Under the pieces are notes generated by a model. That model did not search any database and had not been told where the DNA came from. It was given only the letters and a program-made list of their open reading frames with translations. The position numbers and the translations under genes are program-made. From Stegostoma tigrinum (taxonomy: Eukaryota), in NCBI RefSeq assembly GCF_030684315.1, contig NC_081378.1:23422571-23486570 (forward strand): a DNA stretch of 64,000 nt, read 5' to 3'. Positions 37,310 through 49,698 of the stretch are shown piece after piece; within the stretch, counting starts at the first letter, position 1, and every line of letters begins with the position of its first letter.

Positions 37310-39434
37310 TAGTGGAAAAACTAACACTGTTTTTTACCTGTATTGGTCTACCAATGGAAGTACAGTCTGATCAAGGATAAAAGAATCAAGGATTATTATG
37401 TCAAAACATTTTCAGAATATCATCATTGGTTTGCGGAGGTATCACCAAACTTTTAAAACCATGATCAAAGCTTTATGTTATGAGTATCCAAAGGATTATG
37501 ACAAAAGGTTAGATTTTCTCCTATTTGCCACCAATCTCCAAATGATCCCACTGGTTTCAGTTCATTTGAGTTTGTTTATGGCTATGAAATAAGAGGACCA
37601 TTGTAACAGATCAGAAATAAATTGTGAAATCACAAAAATTAATCTTCATGGTAAAAAATTGATTGTGTCATGTGAATATGTTAAAACAGTAGTGTTGTAG
37701 AGAAGGCGATGAGTAAGTACAGGTGAATCAAATAGGTAAATCTACTAGAGGAGAACAGAGGAAAGAAGGATGAGAGTGAAGATGAAATGGACAATTTCCA
37801 AAGCAAACTTCCTGCTATTAGATTAACAAATTTGGATAAGGTAGAGATTTTCGATGTTATTTTCATATTTGGAGAAAGATCAACAGTTAGATATAGTGAG
37901 ATTGCTCAGGTGATACAAAGAAGGTATTTTTATTCAACCCAATCAGAGATGTTACAGCACACGTCTGAAGCAAGTGGGACTAGAATCCAGTCATCCTGGA
38001 ACTGAGGTAGGGGCACCACAACTGTCCAACAAGACCCCTAGTTTGCAGAGAAACACTTAGATAATACTACATTAATCAAACATGACAGGGTTGGAGATAG
38101 TTCAGACCCAATGAAACAAAAGCCATATCAAAACCCAGTGAAACAGGTCCAAGTAACGAAAGAAATTCATTGTGTTGGAAAATCAATTGATTAAGCCAAG
38201 CCCATTAGTATTGGTCCATAAACAAGATGGTTCAATTAAATTATGTGTATGCCACAGAAAATTGAATGAAGTCACAAAGTTGGATTTGTACCCTATTCCC
38301 AAACGAGAAGATTGCATTGATGGGGTTTGGTGGTGTGTTATTCTTATGTAAAATTGGCTTGTTAAAAAGATACTAGAGCTACTGTGGACAGTAAGGACAA
38401 AGGAAACTAGCACTTTTATCACATCCAGTGGATTATACTGATTTCAGGTTACGCCATTTGGATTTAATAATATCCCAACCACACTCCAGTGATTAATGAA
38501 CAGATATATGGCCGATGTACCTAATTCTGCAGATCATTTGGATGATATTATGCATAGCAACACATGGAAAGAACATATACAAAACTTGTTTAAACAATTA
38601 CTGTAAGCTGGGTTGGTGTTAAATCTAGCAAAAAATGAATTTGTTGAAGTTACATATTTAGGATTTAATGTTCGGCAAAGACAGGTGTCATTCAGAACAG
38701 CTGAAGTAAGAGCTTTGATTGACTTCTGCGTCCCTGAAACAAAATGAAATATAATGAGGTTTTGTTAATGTTGAGATGTTATCAGACGTTTGTACCTAAT
38801 TTCAGTATAATAACTGTGACCTTAACCAACCTGCTATGAAAACAGACAAAGATGGCATGGTCAACAGAATGCCAGGCAGCCTTTGAAAGGCTGAAACCAA
38901 TCTTAACAAATGAACCTGTATTAACTGTAACTAACTTTCAGAAACCATTTAAATTAGTAGTAAATGCTAACAATTTGAGGATTGAAGCAGTTTTCTTACA
39001 GGATGACAGGGCCTAAATGGAATGGCCAGGGGTTATTTTTCCAAGAGTTAAATCAACATCAGAAGAAATATTCCACTATGGAAACTGAGGTATTGCACTC
39101 AACACTTTGAGGTTTATTTTTGACATGGGGATCCACAAAACTTTGGCTTCTACTGATCATAATGTTAACTTTATGAGAGATTTAAGACTAAAACTCTGAG
39201 ATTGTTCTGCTGGAGTTTGTATTGCAACCTTATGATACAAAAGTTGTACATATTTTGGTGAAAGAAAATGTAATTGCCAGTGCTTTATTCTAATTTTAAT
39301 CTATTGAAAAATGTAAGCAATTTAAGTAGGAAGAATAGTTGTGAGGTTTCTGTTTTGTTTGTCATGTAAATAATACTAACCTTGTCATGAAACGCATCTT
39401 TGAAATGACGTTTCATTCTTGTGAGGGTGGACAT

Positions 39435-39587
39435 GATGTGGTGGTACCAGTGTTGGCCTCTGGTGGACAAGGTCAAAAATCACATAACAGCAGGTTATAG
39501 TTCCACAGCTTTATTTGAAAACACAAGCTTTCGGAGTCTCATTCCTCCTTCAGGTGTTCACCTGAAGTTGTGTGATTTTTGACTTTG
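39435..39587. mobile_element. Miniature palindromic hammerhead-type element in the Gypsy PPT region
   Basis: Inverted arms caaggtcaaaaatcacataac / gttgtgtgatttttgactttg, central hairpin cttcaggtg-tt-cacctgaag, minus-strand CTGAAGGAGGAATGAGACTCCGAAAGCTT. Flanks tgagggtggacat / tgaggatggagat (11/13). Confidence 0.65.
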
Positions 39588-39599
39588 AGGATGGAGATA

Positions 39600-40505
39600 C
39601 ATCATTAGTTTCCCTTTATTTTTATCATTTTTGGTTTGGAACTGAGAGTTGACATTGAGAATTGCACTTTGAGCAGCAGTTTATTTTGAAAAGAGGAGAG
39701 AACAGAAGACAGATGTTAGCTGTTGAGAACTGGCCTGGGAAAATAATCCAGGTTAATTCTGTTGTAAGAAGTCTGGAGATGATTTGGCGCAGGGATGTTG
39801 CTATGCTGAGGACTGGCAGCTGGTTAGATGTTGAATTGGTCAGTCAAAGGAGGACTGGTGCTGGCCAGCGAATCACAGATATTGTTGATAAAGAAAAAGA
39901 AAACAAAGCTAGTGCTGACATTGGGCAGGAGGCAATTTTGTCAAGGAAGTTTCCAGACTCTCTTTTTTAGGTTTTACTCTCTCTAATTTCTCCAGTTATC
40001 AATTTGTTAAATGAGAAAAGAATCTCAGTCTGGAAGAAATAAATGAATGTCTCCAAAGCACTGTTGTAATTGTTTGGATTAACTAATGACTTTGGAATTC
40101 AAACAGGATATTCAGTCCACATGCCTGCAATTCTATCTACTGTCCAAGGATTTCACAAAGGCCTGGTAATCATTACTGAAATGGTTATCAATATAACAAG
40201 TTGTGACTGTCATTTAAAAAAATGTACCTTGACTCTGTTGGTGTGAGAGTGGGAGTTTATGATCACAGAAGATTGGGTTTAGAATGTACATATTAAATAG
40301 GTTGCCTTATTTACCTGTGTTCTGCTAAAGTTACATTATTAATAATAAATTATTAAATCTTGTGTAAATTATAAACTTTGTGTCCAAGATCTGTGATCTG
40401 GTTAGGAACAATTAGGCAATTTTGAAGGTCATTGAATGTTTTAAATTCACTGTTTTGCAAATCCACTGAGAATAAAGCATTTGGCTTGCTAACCCTCTGT
40501 CGTAA
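39600..40505 (+). mobile_element. Probable 3' LTR of the Gmr1-like element (ends uncertain)
   Basis: Follows the RNase H end and a purine-rich PPT-like tract (gagggtgga / gaggatggaga); AATAAA near 40345; no 5' LTR available for comparison. Confidence 0.4.
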
Positions 40506-42151
40506 TTGTGTAAGAAGCTTTTGGATAAGAATTCAGCATTAAACAAGATATCCTGTTCTATAATCTCACATGAATGTTGTTCATTTTCATGTGCCCTCAA
40601 TTGTTTCTTTGGCGAAGACAAATTCAACTCTAAATCTCTCCTCATTGAACACAGTGGTATGTTCAACAGAAGTTGCTGACAAGTGTGATTTTAATTGCAT
40701 AGTTTTAGTCCCATGCACTAATTTTCCTAGAAAATGTTTAATTTTGCAGTAGAGGTAAATGTACTTCACCTGTGCAATGACCACGTGTTTCACAATGTTC
40801 AATAATCAAGGAAGTAACATACAAGAATTGCAAAGAGCTAAGATTGATCTCCATCTCGTCATTTTATCAACACACAGCAAAACTAAGCATCCTCACAAAT
40901 GTCATGCCAACGTGTGTATTAACATAGTAATTTATTAATCAAAAATGCAGTTAGCCACATCCTGATTCCTAATTAGCCAGATGTAGATTATGGCTAACAT
41001 TTTGAGAAACACCTTGTCAGAGGACCTGAGCTTCAGAGTTAGTTGTGTTTCTGTAAATCAACTTATTAATGTTAGTTTGAAGGTCAAATGGCCAAAACAT
41101 TACGCATCCAAATTTTTAACTTCAAGTGGTTGATTCTCTACTTTGCTGCACTGCCACAGAGCATTGCAACCTGGGATGGCATATTCAGTAATCGATATAG
41201 AGAATTGTACACCTGTTGTGTTGCACCTGGTCTTCTATCAATTTGCATAAAACTAGGCAGACTGCATAATGAAGGCATTATCTTCTATCATAATTATTTT
41301 ATTAGAAGCAGGCTACTTAGCTGCTCAATCTTGTTCTATCATTCAGGAAATCCACAATCTGTGACCCAATTCCATTTATTCACTTTGCCCTATATCCCTT
41401 AATACATTTGGTTAACAAAAATCTGTCAGTCTTAGATTTCAAACTATTGATCTATCATCAATTTCCATTTCCAAAGGAGAGGCCCAAAATCCAACCACCT
41501 TTGTTTGGAGAAGTTGTGTTTTGATAACTTTCATGTAAATTGTGATCATGTAACTGATCACGTGTCTCTGATATCAGTAAGAGAGAAGACAACTATTCTT
41601 GAATGGGTGTAAAGACAGAAGCCTTAGTCACTACACTAGGGTGCTGTATTTGAGAATTTCCTGTGTACAGATGTAAATAAAGGGGCATTATGAGATATAA
41701 GGAATTGAAAAGTTGTAGTGTAACATGAGATTTGAACATATAGAAGACCCAAAGATCATTAAGCAGAATTCTTTATTCCATTGGCATTGGGTCATTACAA
41801 CAGGAAGGGAAATTAAAGATACAAAAGATCAATTTACAATGTCGGTATGCAGTGAAGCCAGTGGGTTATATTGGACTGTGAAATCCTTTATTTGTCTCGT
41901 GTTCCTTTGCATTCACCCCTCCTTCCACCGAAGACACCTTTTTTTACCTGGGGGCCATTTTACTGCCCAGCTGCCAGCCCTTACTGTTGCCACCTAGTGG
42001 TGGCGATCGTGGTGAACTGTGTAGTCTCATTACTCGGTGCCTTCCGTTACTGTTACCACTTGGAGGTCCCCTTACGTTACTTAGAAATAAGGAGTAGTCA
42101 GCCTCATTGTATGTACAGACATTTATAGATAGAGATACTCCAAACCAGGAT

Positions 42152-42660
42152 TGTGACAATGCTGTGGCTTTAAGTGGCGTGTTCTGTCCTGGATTTTTAG
42201 AAGAACTTGGAATAACTTAACTTTATTGGAAAACTTAAAAGAAAAATAGATACGGTAACTATTACTAATTAACTGTTCCAAATAGAAATATCCCATAAAC
42301 ACACCCTTGGCAAAAAAAATCCCTCAGAAAACAGATTGACTCACATGCAGTGCTCCAATCCAGGAGGAAAGAACATCAAAAGACAATTTGGAGAGAAAGT
42401 GTAGCAGCCAGGAGAAATTCACTGCCTTCCAACCCTGCTGAAACCCCAGCAACAACTACAGAAAGCTAACTAAAAATTCTGGATCCATGAGAGTTTGACC
42501 ACATCCATTCAGGCTGCATCTATTGTTCCAACTTTAAAAAAAAACAAGGCCTCACGAGTTGTTTCTCTTCCCATAGATTGCTCAACACCCGTTACCCTAA
42601 TCTCTCTCTCGAAAAGAAACCAGGACAAAACTCATCTCTTACAGCTACAGTATCATCGCT
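42152..42660. mobile_element. Non-coding element with ~50 bp imperfect terminal inverted repeats (MITE-like)
   Basis: Left tgtgacaatgctgtggctttaagtggcgtgttctgtcctgg; the right end reverse-complements to agcgatgatactgtagctgtaagagatgagttttgtcctgg. Confidence 0.55.
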
Positions 42661-42710
42661 GTATCTCAATACGTTGTTAGCAGTATACATTTCAAGCACA
42701 AGATAAGTCA

Positions 42711-43190
42711 GAAGTGTTTTCTAATTGCATTCCTGAAACATGTAGCTTTAATTAATGATTAAACTATGCCCTAGTCATAGATGAACCCCCTCACCCCCAC
42801 CATTGGAAATGGTTTCTATTTCTATACCCTATTTCCTCCCCTTTTCGTTTAAAAAAAAGACAGACTATTCTTTAACCTTAGTAATTCCAGAGAATATAAT
42901 CCTAGGTTATGTAATCTGACCCCATAGTTGACCCTAGGAGTCAAGGTATGATGTTAGCAAGTCCAGACTGCTCTCCTCTCAAGACCAATACATCCTGTTG
43001 AAGATATTGTGCCCAGACTGCTATCGGTACTCAAGCTATGACTTGATCAAAGTTTTCTACAGCTCTAAGATTACCTCTACTCTTTGTATCCTGGCCTTCT
43101 AGATTCAAAGGTCAATTTTCCAATAGCCTTTTTGATTATTTTCTGTATCTATTTATGATAATCTAATGATTTAAGATATGGAACCCAAAG
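42711..43190 (-). mobile_element. Decayed CR1-type fragment, continuing from 41300-41514
   Basis: CR1 3' sequence resumes across the intervening insert (...ggagaagt | gaagtgttttcta...). Confidence 0.55.
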
Positions 43191-43829
43191 GCAGAATTTT
43201 GCTTTTTGGATTGGAACTCTGACTTTGTGCTAAAATGAGGTCACAACCCTGCATCATGTGAGAAACAGTGATTTTCTCAGAAATGACCATATGCGACGAG
43301 AGGCTCATCATCTACTTTTGGGGTTTTGCCTCCAATCTGGAGAATACTCCAGCTCAATTAGAGATAAAGGCTGCAGTTCAGGTAGGGTGCCTCCATTGTG
43401 AGCTGTTCCTCTTTAACATTTTGATCTTTCAAATTATAAAATAACCTCATCAGCCCACGAACCACTGTGTGGTGAAAACCTTTCCATGAGGTGTGTTGTG
43501 GACACAGCTGAGGCCAGGAAGGGAGGAAGTGCTGGCCTCACCAATGTGCCATTGGGAGCAGCTCCTAAGTAACTGGCTCAGTCCTAACAGAGGTCAACTG
43601 GAAAATTTCAGTGGGTGTCTGAAAATATTTTTAATAGGCAATTAATTATCTTCATTTGGCTACCTACTGCTTGAGAGCAGGCCAGCCTTTAGGCACTGAT
43701 CCTGCATCTGGGAAAATTACCAAGAGGCAGGATAATGTTGACAAGCTTGTCAGTAAGGTGATGTTTTTGGCCTACTTCTACCCATATTCTCTCCCTTAAG
43801 GAGCTGGTTTCTCTGGGACGCCACTATTT

Positions 43830-44465
43830 CTAATGTTTCACCATTTTGACAATCTCCTGCACGTTCTTCTTTAAATACAATGTGACGATCTCACAACTGC
43901 CAACACTAAAATTCACTTGTCACAGTTTTCTCCATCCTCTCTACCTATTAATATCTCTTTATAATTTATTTCCATTTGTGCTGTTTATAGTCCAACCCTT
44001 CTTTGTATCATCAGCAAATGTGGGTATTTGGCTCTCTGTCCCATCATTTAAGCCATTATTCAATACAGTGAATAATTCCTTAACCAGATCAATAATGTGT
44101 TTTCACCCTGTGAGCGTCAGTTTATCTAACAGTCTCTTATGAGCAAACTTTTATGGAAGTCCATATCAATACCATCCACAGATTTCAGTTATCTCTTCAA
44201 ATAATACAATCTCACACAGCTGAAGATTGTCAAGATGTCCAATCAGTCTATCCTTAATTACTCTAGTCATTTCCTACTAACAAATGGTCAGCTGACTGGC
44301 CTATAATTCCCAGAATTCCCTCCATCACCTATGCTAAATAGCAGCCTGTCATTTCCAATCTGAAGAAACAGTTCTGAAATCATGAAACAATGAAGATAGG
44401 CCATTGGCAATATTCTCAACTATTTCTTATAAAAATTCTGGATGGAACCATCTGCCCTGGGCAGT
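43830..44465 (-). mobile_element. Decayed CR1-type RT fragments
   Basis: tttgtatcatcagcaaat (FADDTK on the minus strand) and gtcagctgactggcctataattccc (GNYRPVS on the minus strand). Confidence 0.65.
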
Positions 44466-44481
44466 GTCTCTTGTAAGCTAT

Positions 44482-44730
44482 AGACAAAAATGAATTGCAA
44501 GAGAAACTCAGCAGGATTGGCAGCAACTGTGAAGGGAGGAACAAAGTTAATTTTACGGGTCCTGTTACCCTTCTTCCATTCCTCTGAGTTCTGAAGAAGC
44601 GTCACCGGATTTGAACCATTAACTCTGCTCTCCCTTCACAATTGCTGCGAGTCCTGTTGAGTTTCTCTAGCAAGTACTGTTTATGTTTGTTTCAGATCTT
44701 CAGCATCTGCATTTCTTTTTTGTATTTTTA
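44482..44730. mobile_element. Miniature palindromic PLE-terminus element (two inverted copies)
   Basis: ttgcaagagaaactcagcagga...gcagcaactgtgaaggga is inverted as tcccttcacaattgctgc...tcctgttgagtttctctagcaa. The plus arm has ctgaagaagcgtcaccggatttgaaccatt (decayed hammerhead). Confidence 0.7.
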
Positions 44731-45289
44731 TCTCTTTGGAGTTATGGGCACAGCCGCCCAAAAGGTACCTTACGATCCACGCACAAATTGTCTGTTTTAG
44801 TTTACAGTGCTTTCAATATGTACATATTTTCTGCTTCCTCTTAAAGCTTGCATTGCATCTACTCACCTTCAAATCCCAGCAACTTTCCCTAATCCAGCTG
44901 TCCACTTTGTCTAAAACCTTTGAATGTCATTATGTTAAACTTGAAATCTGGCCTTGCAGCTTCATGACATCTGTAATATTACAAAAAGCATTTTATTTTA
45001 AATGTATAACAAGTACTGCTTGTGTTATTTTTGAATACAAGAGCACATTTAGAGCCATAGAGATGTACGGCATGGAAACTGACCCTTCGGTCCAACTTGT
45101 CCATGCTGACCAGATATCCTAAATTAATCTAGACCCTTTTGCCAGCATTTGGCCCATATCCCGCTAAATCCTTCTTATTCATATATCCATACAGATACCT
45201 TTTAAATGTTATAATTGTACCAGCCTCCTCTACTTCCACTGGAATCTCAGAAATAGCTCAGGAGATTGAAAGATCACCACCAATGCTTT

Positions 45290-46735
45290 GATGAGAATCA
45301 CTGGAGTCAGGGAGGATCCCAGAGGACTGGAAAATGGCTAATATAACGCCTCTGTTTAAGAAGTGAGGGAGGCAGAAGACAGGAAATTGTAGGCCAGTTA
45401 ACTTGACCTCATTTGTTGGTAAGATTTTAAAGACCATTGTTAAAGTTGAACACTTGGAAGCACAGGGTAAAATAGGACAGAGTCAGTACAGCTTTGTCAA
45501 GGGGAAGTTATGCCTGACAAATCTGTTAGAATTCTTTGAGAAGGTAATGAGTAAGTTCCACAAGAGACAGGCAATGGATGTAATCTGTTTGGATTTCCAG
45601 AATTCCTCCGACAAGGAGCAGTTCAGATGGCTACTAAATAAGCTAACAGCTCAGGGTTTTAGGGACAGGGTACTGGCATAGATAGAGGATTGGCTGACTG
45701 GCAGAAGACAAAGTAGGGATAAAAGGATCTTTTTCAGGGTAGCAGTGGGTGATTATTAGAATTCCACAGGGGCCAGTGTGTGGGCGGATGACGGAACTGA
45801 GGGCATTGTTGCTCAGTTTGTAGATGATGCAAAGATAGGTGGAGGGACAGGTACTGTTGAGGAAGTGGGGAGGCAGCAGAAGGACTTGGACAGGTTAGGA
45901 GAATGGGCAAAGAAGTGGCAGATGGAATACATTCTCAAAGTACAAGGTTATGCACTTTGACGGGATGTATAGAGGCATAGATTATTTATAAATGGAGAAA
46001 GGCTTCAGAAATCTGAAGCACGAGGAAACTTGGGAGCCCCCATTTCGGATTCTCTTAAGGTTAACTTGCAGGTTCAATTGGCAGTTAGGAAGACAAATGA
46101 AATATTAGCATTCATTTCAAGAAGACAAGAGCAAAGATATATTGTTGAGGCTGTATAAGGCCCTGGGCAGACCACTTTTGGAATATTGTGAACAGTTTTG
46201 AGCCCCATATCTAAGAAAGGACGCGTTGGCATTGGAGGGGGGTCCAGAGAAGGTTTCCAAGCATGATCCTGGGGAATGGGGCCTTGTTATACTCGGAGCA
46301 GTTGAGGATTCTAGGCCTGTGTTTGATGGAGGTAAGAAGAATGGGGGAGGTGAGGGTTGCAGGGTGAGGGGATAAATCTGTTTGAAATTTTTAGAATACT
46401 GAGAGGTCTGAACACGGTAGATGTAGAGAAGATTTTCCACTGGTAGGAGAGACGAGGGACTGAGGGCACAGCCTCAGAGTGAACTGAGATGAGGAGGAAT
46501 TCCTTCAGCCAGAGAGTGATGAATCTGTGGAACGTATTGTGACAGAATGATGTGGAGGCTAAATCACACAGTTTATCTAAGACAGGGCGAGTAGGTTCTT
46601 GGTTAGTAAAAAGATCAAGCGTTACAGGGAGAAGGCAGTAGAATGGTGTTTAAAAACATATCAGCCATGACCAAGTGGCAGACTAGACTGTAGAGGCCAA
46701 ATGGCCTAATTCTGCTTCTACATCTTATGGTCTTA
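45290..46735 (+). mobile_element. CR1-type LINE RT and 3' tail
   Basis: GQSQYSFVKGKLCLTNLLEFFE...DVICLDFQ and AQFVDDAKIGG...DLDRLGEWAKKWQMEY; tail tcttatggtctta. Confidence 0.9.
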
Positions 46736-47504
46736 TTTTTCAACCTCTTGTTTCGCTCAAATATTTAATTCACATGTTTCTGAACCTAAATTGTAATTAT
46801 TGGAAGTTCTCCTTTGATAGAATGCTATATTGATGTTTCTGCTTTCTATTTTCTGAGTCTACATTAATTTAATATTTCTATGGTTTATGTTGAAAATATA
46901 ATTATAGAAAAATTCCAATAAAAATTGACACAGGTATGAAATCGACCACATATGAAAGAATTACATTTCTTGATAAATTGAAAACAGACATGAAATTCAA
47001 CATGCTGCCTGCAGTAAGCGCCTGTAGAGTGGCAGATCATTGGTGCCATGCAGTAGCAATGACCAGCAAGTTTGCCAAGAAACCCAGTTGCTTGCTGATC
47101 CTGGCAGGTGCAGAACTGGGTGGGAACAGTATTGTTGATTTATGGAGCTAATCATGGAGATAGAATTATCTTTTCCTGTGATAATATGTCCTCCCTGCTG
47201 CCCCATATGTCGACAGTTGTTTAAAACATGACATTATTCTTCATTAGTGCTTCATACTTTGTGACGTTTGCACTGTTCTATTATCTAAGTGGGTATGAAC
47301 ATATTTGACTAAACAACCAGTGCTAAATTTAGCCTCTGTGCACTAATTACGCATATTAGCAATTAGGAGGAAGCAGCAGAGACAAAGTAGAGGAATTTTG
47401 ATAATGCCTACGTGTGATGGGTAACAATAATGGATAAACTGATGACCGCACTGTGGACTAAATAGAAGGGAGGCAACATTTATTTGGCTTCCAGCACAGA
47501 TGGA

Positions 47505-49200
47505 ATCCCCTCTGAAGTGTTAAAGTACCGCAGAGAGGCACCGCTAATACGCATCTGTGATTTCATCACCACTGCCTGGAAGGAAGAGGTCATGCTGGGA
47601 GATCTGAGACAGTAAAGTTTTGACCATCTTTAAGAAAGGAGCCAGGCCTGGCTTTGGAAATTGCAGAAGGATTTCCCTGCTGTCGGCCATGGGAAAGGTC
47701 ATGTGAGAATTCTTCTCAGCTGCCCCGTCCCAGAGGCTAAAGAGCTCCTCCACGAATATCAATGTGCCTGTGCCCATCGAGGTACACAATGGACATGATT
47801 TCAGTGCACAACAAATCCAAGCGGAGCACACAGAACAGCACCCACCTCTAAACATAGTCTTCTTCAATCTTTCAAAGGCCTTCGACTGTCAACCATGAGT
47901 GATTGTGGAATATATTCATCAGATTGGGCTGTCTGCAGAAACTCACCACTATTCTCAACCTGCTTTGGGATGACATACAAACTGACCTGCATCAAATGAT
48001 GCACCACAGACGCAATAGGAGTGTAAACTAGGGTCAAACAGAGCTGCATCATAGCAGCAATGCTCAGCTCTAACTTCCTCACTGCAACACTCCACCTCCC
48101 CTCCATGAAACTCCCAGCTGGAGTGCAGCTAAGCTACAAGATGAGTGGGAAACTGTTCAACTTTTGCACCTTCAGTCCAGAACCAAGACCATCCCAACTT
48201 CTATCACCGAGCTGCAATAAGCAGGCAATGCCTGCATGCGCGCACACTCAGAGGCCAAGCTATAAACCATCAACACAATCACTGAGGCATATGAGACTGA
48301 ACCGCAGACTAAACATCCGGAAAACAAAGGTTCTGTACCAGCCTGCTCCTACCACACAGCGCACCACCGACTCCCCAACTCCCTCCCCCCAACATCAGCT
48401 GGACAATGTGGATCATTTCCCATACCTTGGGAGCCTCCTTTTCCTGTGAATGGACATTGACAATGAAATCCAACATTGACTCCAATGCCTTAAGTTGCCT
48501 CCTCCCTGTGGTTGAAGAGTAGTGCAGCTGTTGGATTCCTAAGGAACAAGGCTGCTCGATGCCCGAGACCTCAAACCCAGCATCAAGCTCATGGTCTACA
48601 GAGCAGCCATGCCCCCACCTTCCTGTATGTATCAGAAACATGGACTATGTATAGCAGACAATTCAAAAACATGGAAATTTATCACCGGCACTGCCTTTGC
48701 TTATCCACTGGCAGGAAACACACACCAGCATGAGTGTTCTATCCCAGGCAAATATCCCCAGTGTCGAGGCACTAGTCTCTCACGATCAGCTGCGATGGGT
48801 GGGCAACATTTTCTGCAAGGCCACCACAAGACTCCCTAAATGACTGATCTACTGCAAGCTCCACAATGTTAGGCAATCATTGGGAGGGGAGAGGAAATCC
48901 TACAAGGATACCCTGGAAATCTTCCAAAATAAATGTGATATCCCCGCCAACTCATGGGAATGCATAATCTGGAGAGGAAGCATCAGCGAAGACACCAACT
49001 ACTTCCAGCATCATTGAGTAGAGCACATGGCAGCCAAACACAAGCTTGGAATGAGCGAGCAGAATCCAGAGGGTCCCATTCACACAGCTAATCAAACACC
49101 AGCTGGCCTCCTGTGGTGGTGTCTGCAGCTACATGCTTAGTGTTCAAGCCCCGTGGAGTGGAAGCAAGTCATTCTTGACCCTGAGGGACTGTCAAAGAAG
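47505..49200 (+). mobile_element. Decayed RTE-clade LINE (RT to 3' end)
   Basis: Remnants GKLFN, LNIRKTKVLYQPAP, VDHFPYLGS, LYVSETWTMY. The tail gagtggaagcaagtcattcttgaccctgagggactg also occurs at ~23930. Confidence 0.8.
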
Positions 49201-49670
49201 ACTACTTATTTGCTGCTTTTTAAAACCTCTGATACAAATAGAAAAAATATTTTAGTTTTTTGGATGGAAATAGATCTTTTATTCTTTACCTGCTATATAT
49301 TTTATCCAATATGTGAAGCGAGTAATTATTGTTGGTCATGCTAGTCAGTTAAATACTTGTCTCAGCATCTGCAGTTCTTTGTTTTAGTTAAATGTTTAGT
49401 GCGTTCATCTGAAATTCCTCTGTGACTTACTTAAATGCATACATTGGCCTATGTCTTTGTATGAATGCTCTGGTAAAATATTAGACAAAGAACACCAAAT
49501 ACACATTTTAGATTTTCATCCATTAATGTGTGAACAGAAGTTCAAAAATCCAAATTTGCGATCAAGTACAAGAGATAATGGGAACTGCAGATGCTGGAGA
49601 ATCCAAGATAATAAAATGTGAGGCTGGATGAACACAGCAGGCCAAGCAGCATCTCAGGAGCACAAAAGCT

Positions 49671-49698
49671 GACGTTTCGGGCCTAGACCCTTCATCAG
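49671..49698 (-). ncRNA. Minimal hammerhead ribozyme motif in PLE terminal region
   Basis: gacgtttcgggcctagacccttcatcag, the reverse complement of the same 28-mer. Confidence 0.7.

Larger units (their letters stand above)
34950..39290 (+). mobile_element. Decayed Ty3/Gypsy pol with integrase-RT-RNase H order (Gmr1-like), interrupted by PLE B
   Basis: Integrase remnants PMAGHIG (~35170), EEPFSCILVDCV (~35345), EKLTLFFTCIGLPMEVQSDQG (split by the PLE), KTMIKALCYEYPKDYDKRLDFLLFA, CHVNMLK (~37680). RT remnants PLVLVHKQDGSIKLC, DLYPIP, FQVTPFG, HLDDI (38200-38550). RNase H remnants FQKPFKLVVNA, TDHN, KENVIASAL (38940-39290). Many stops and frameshifts. Confidence 0.85.
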
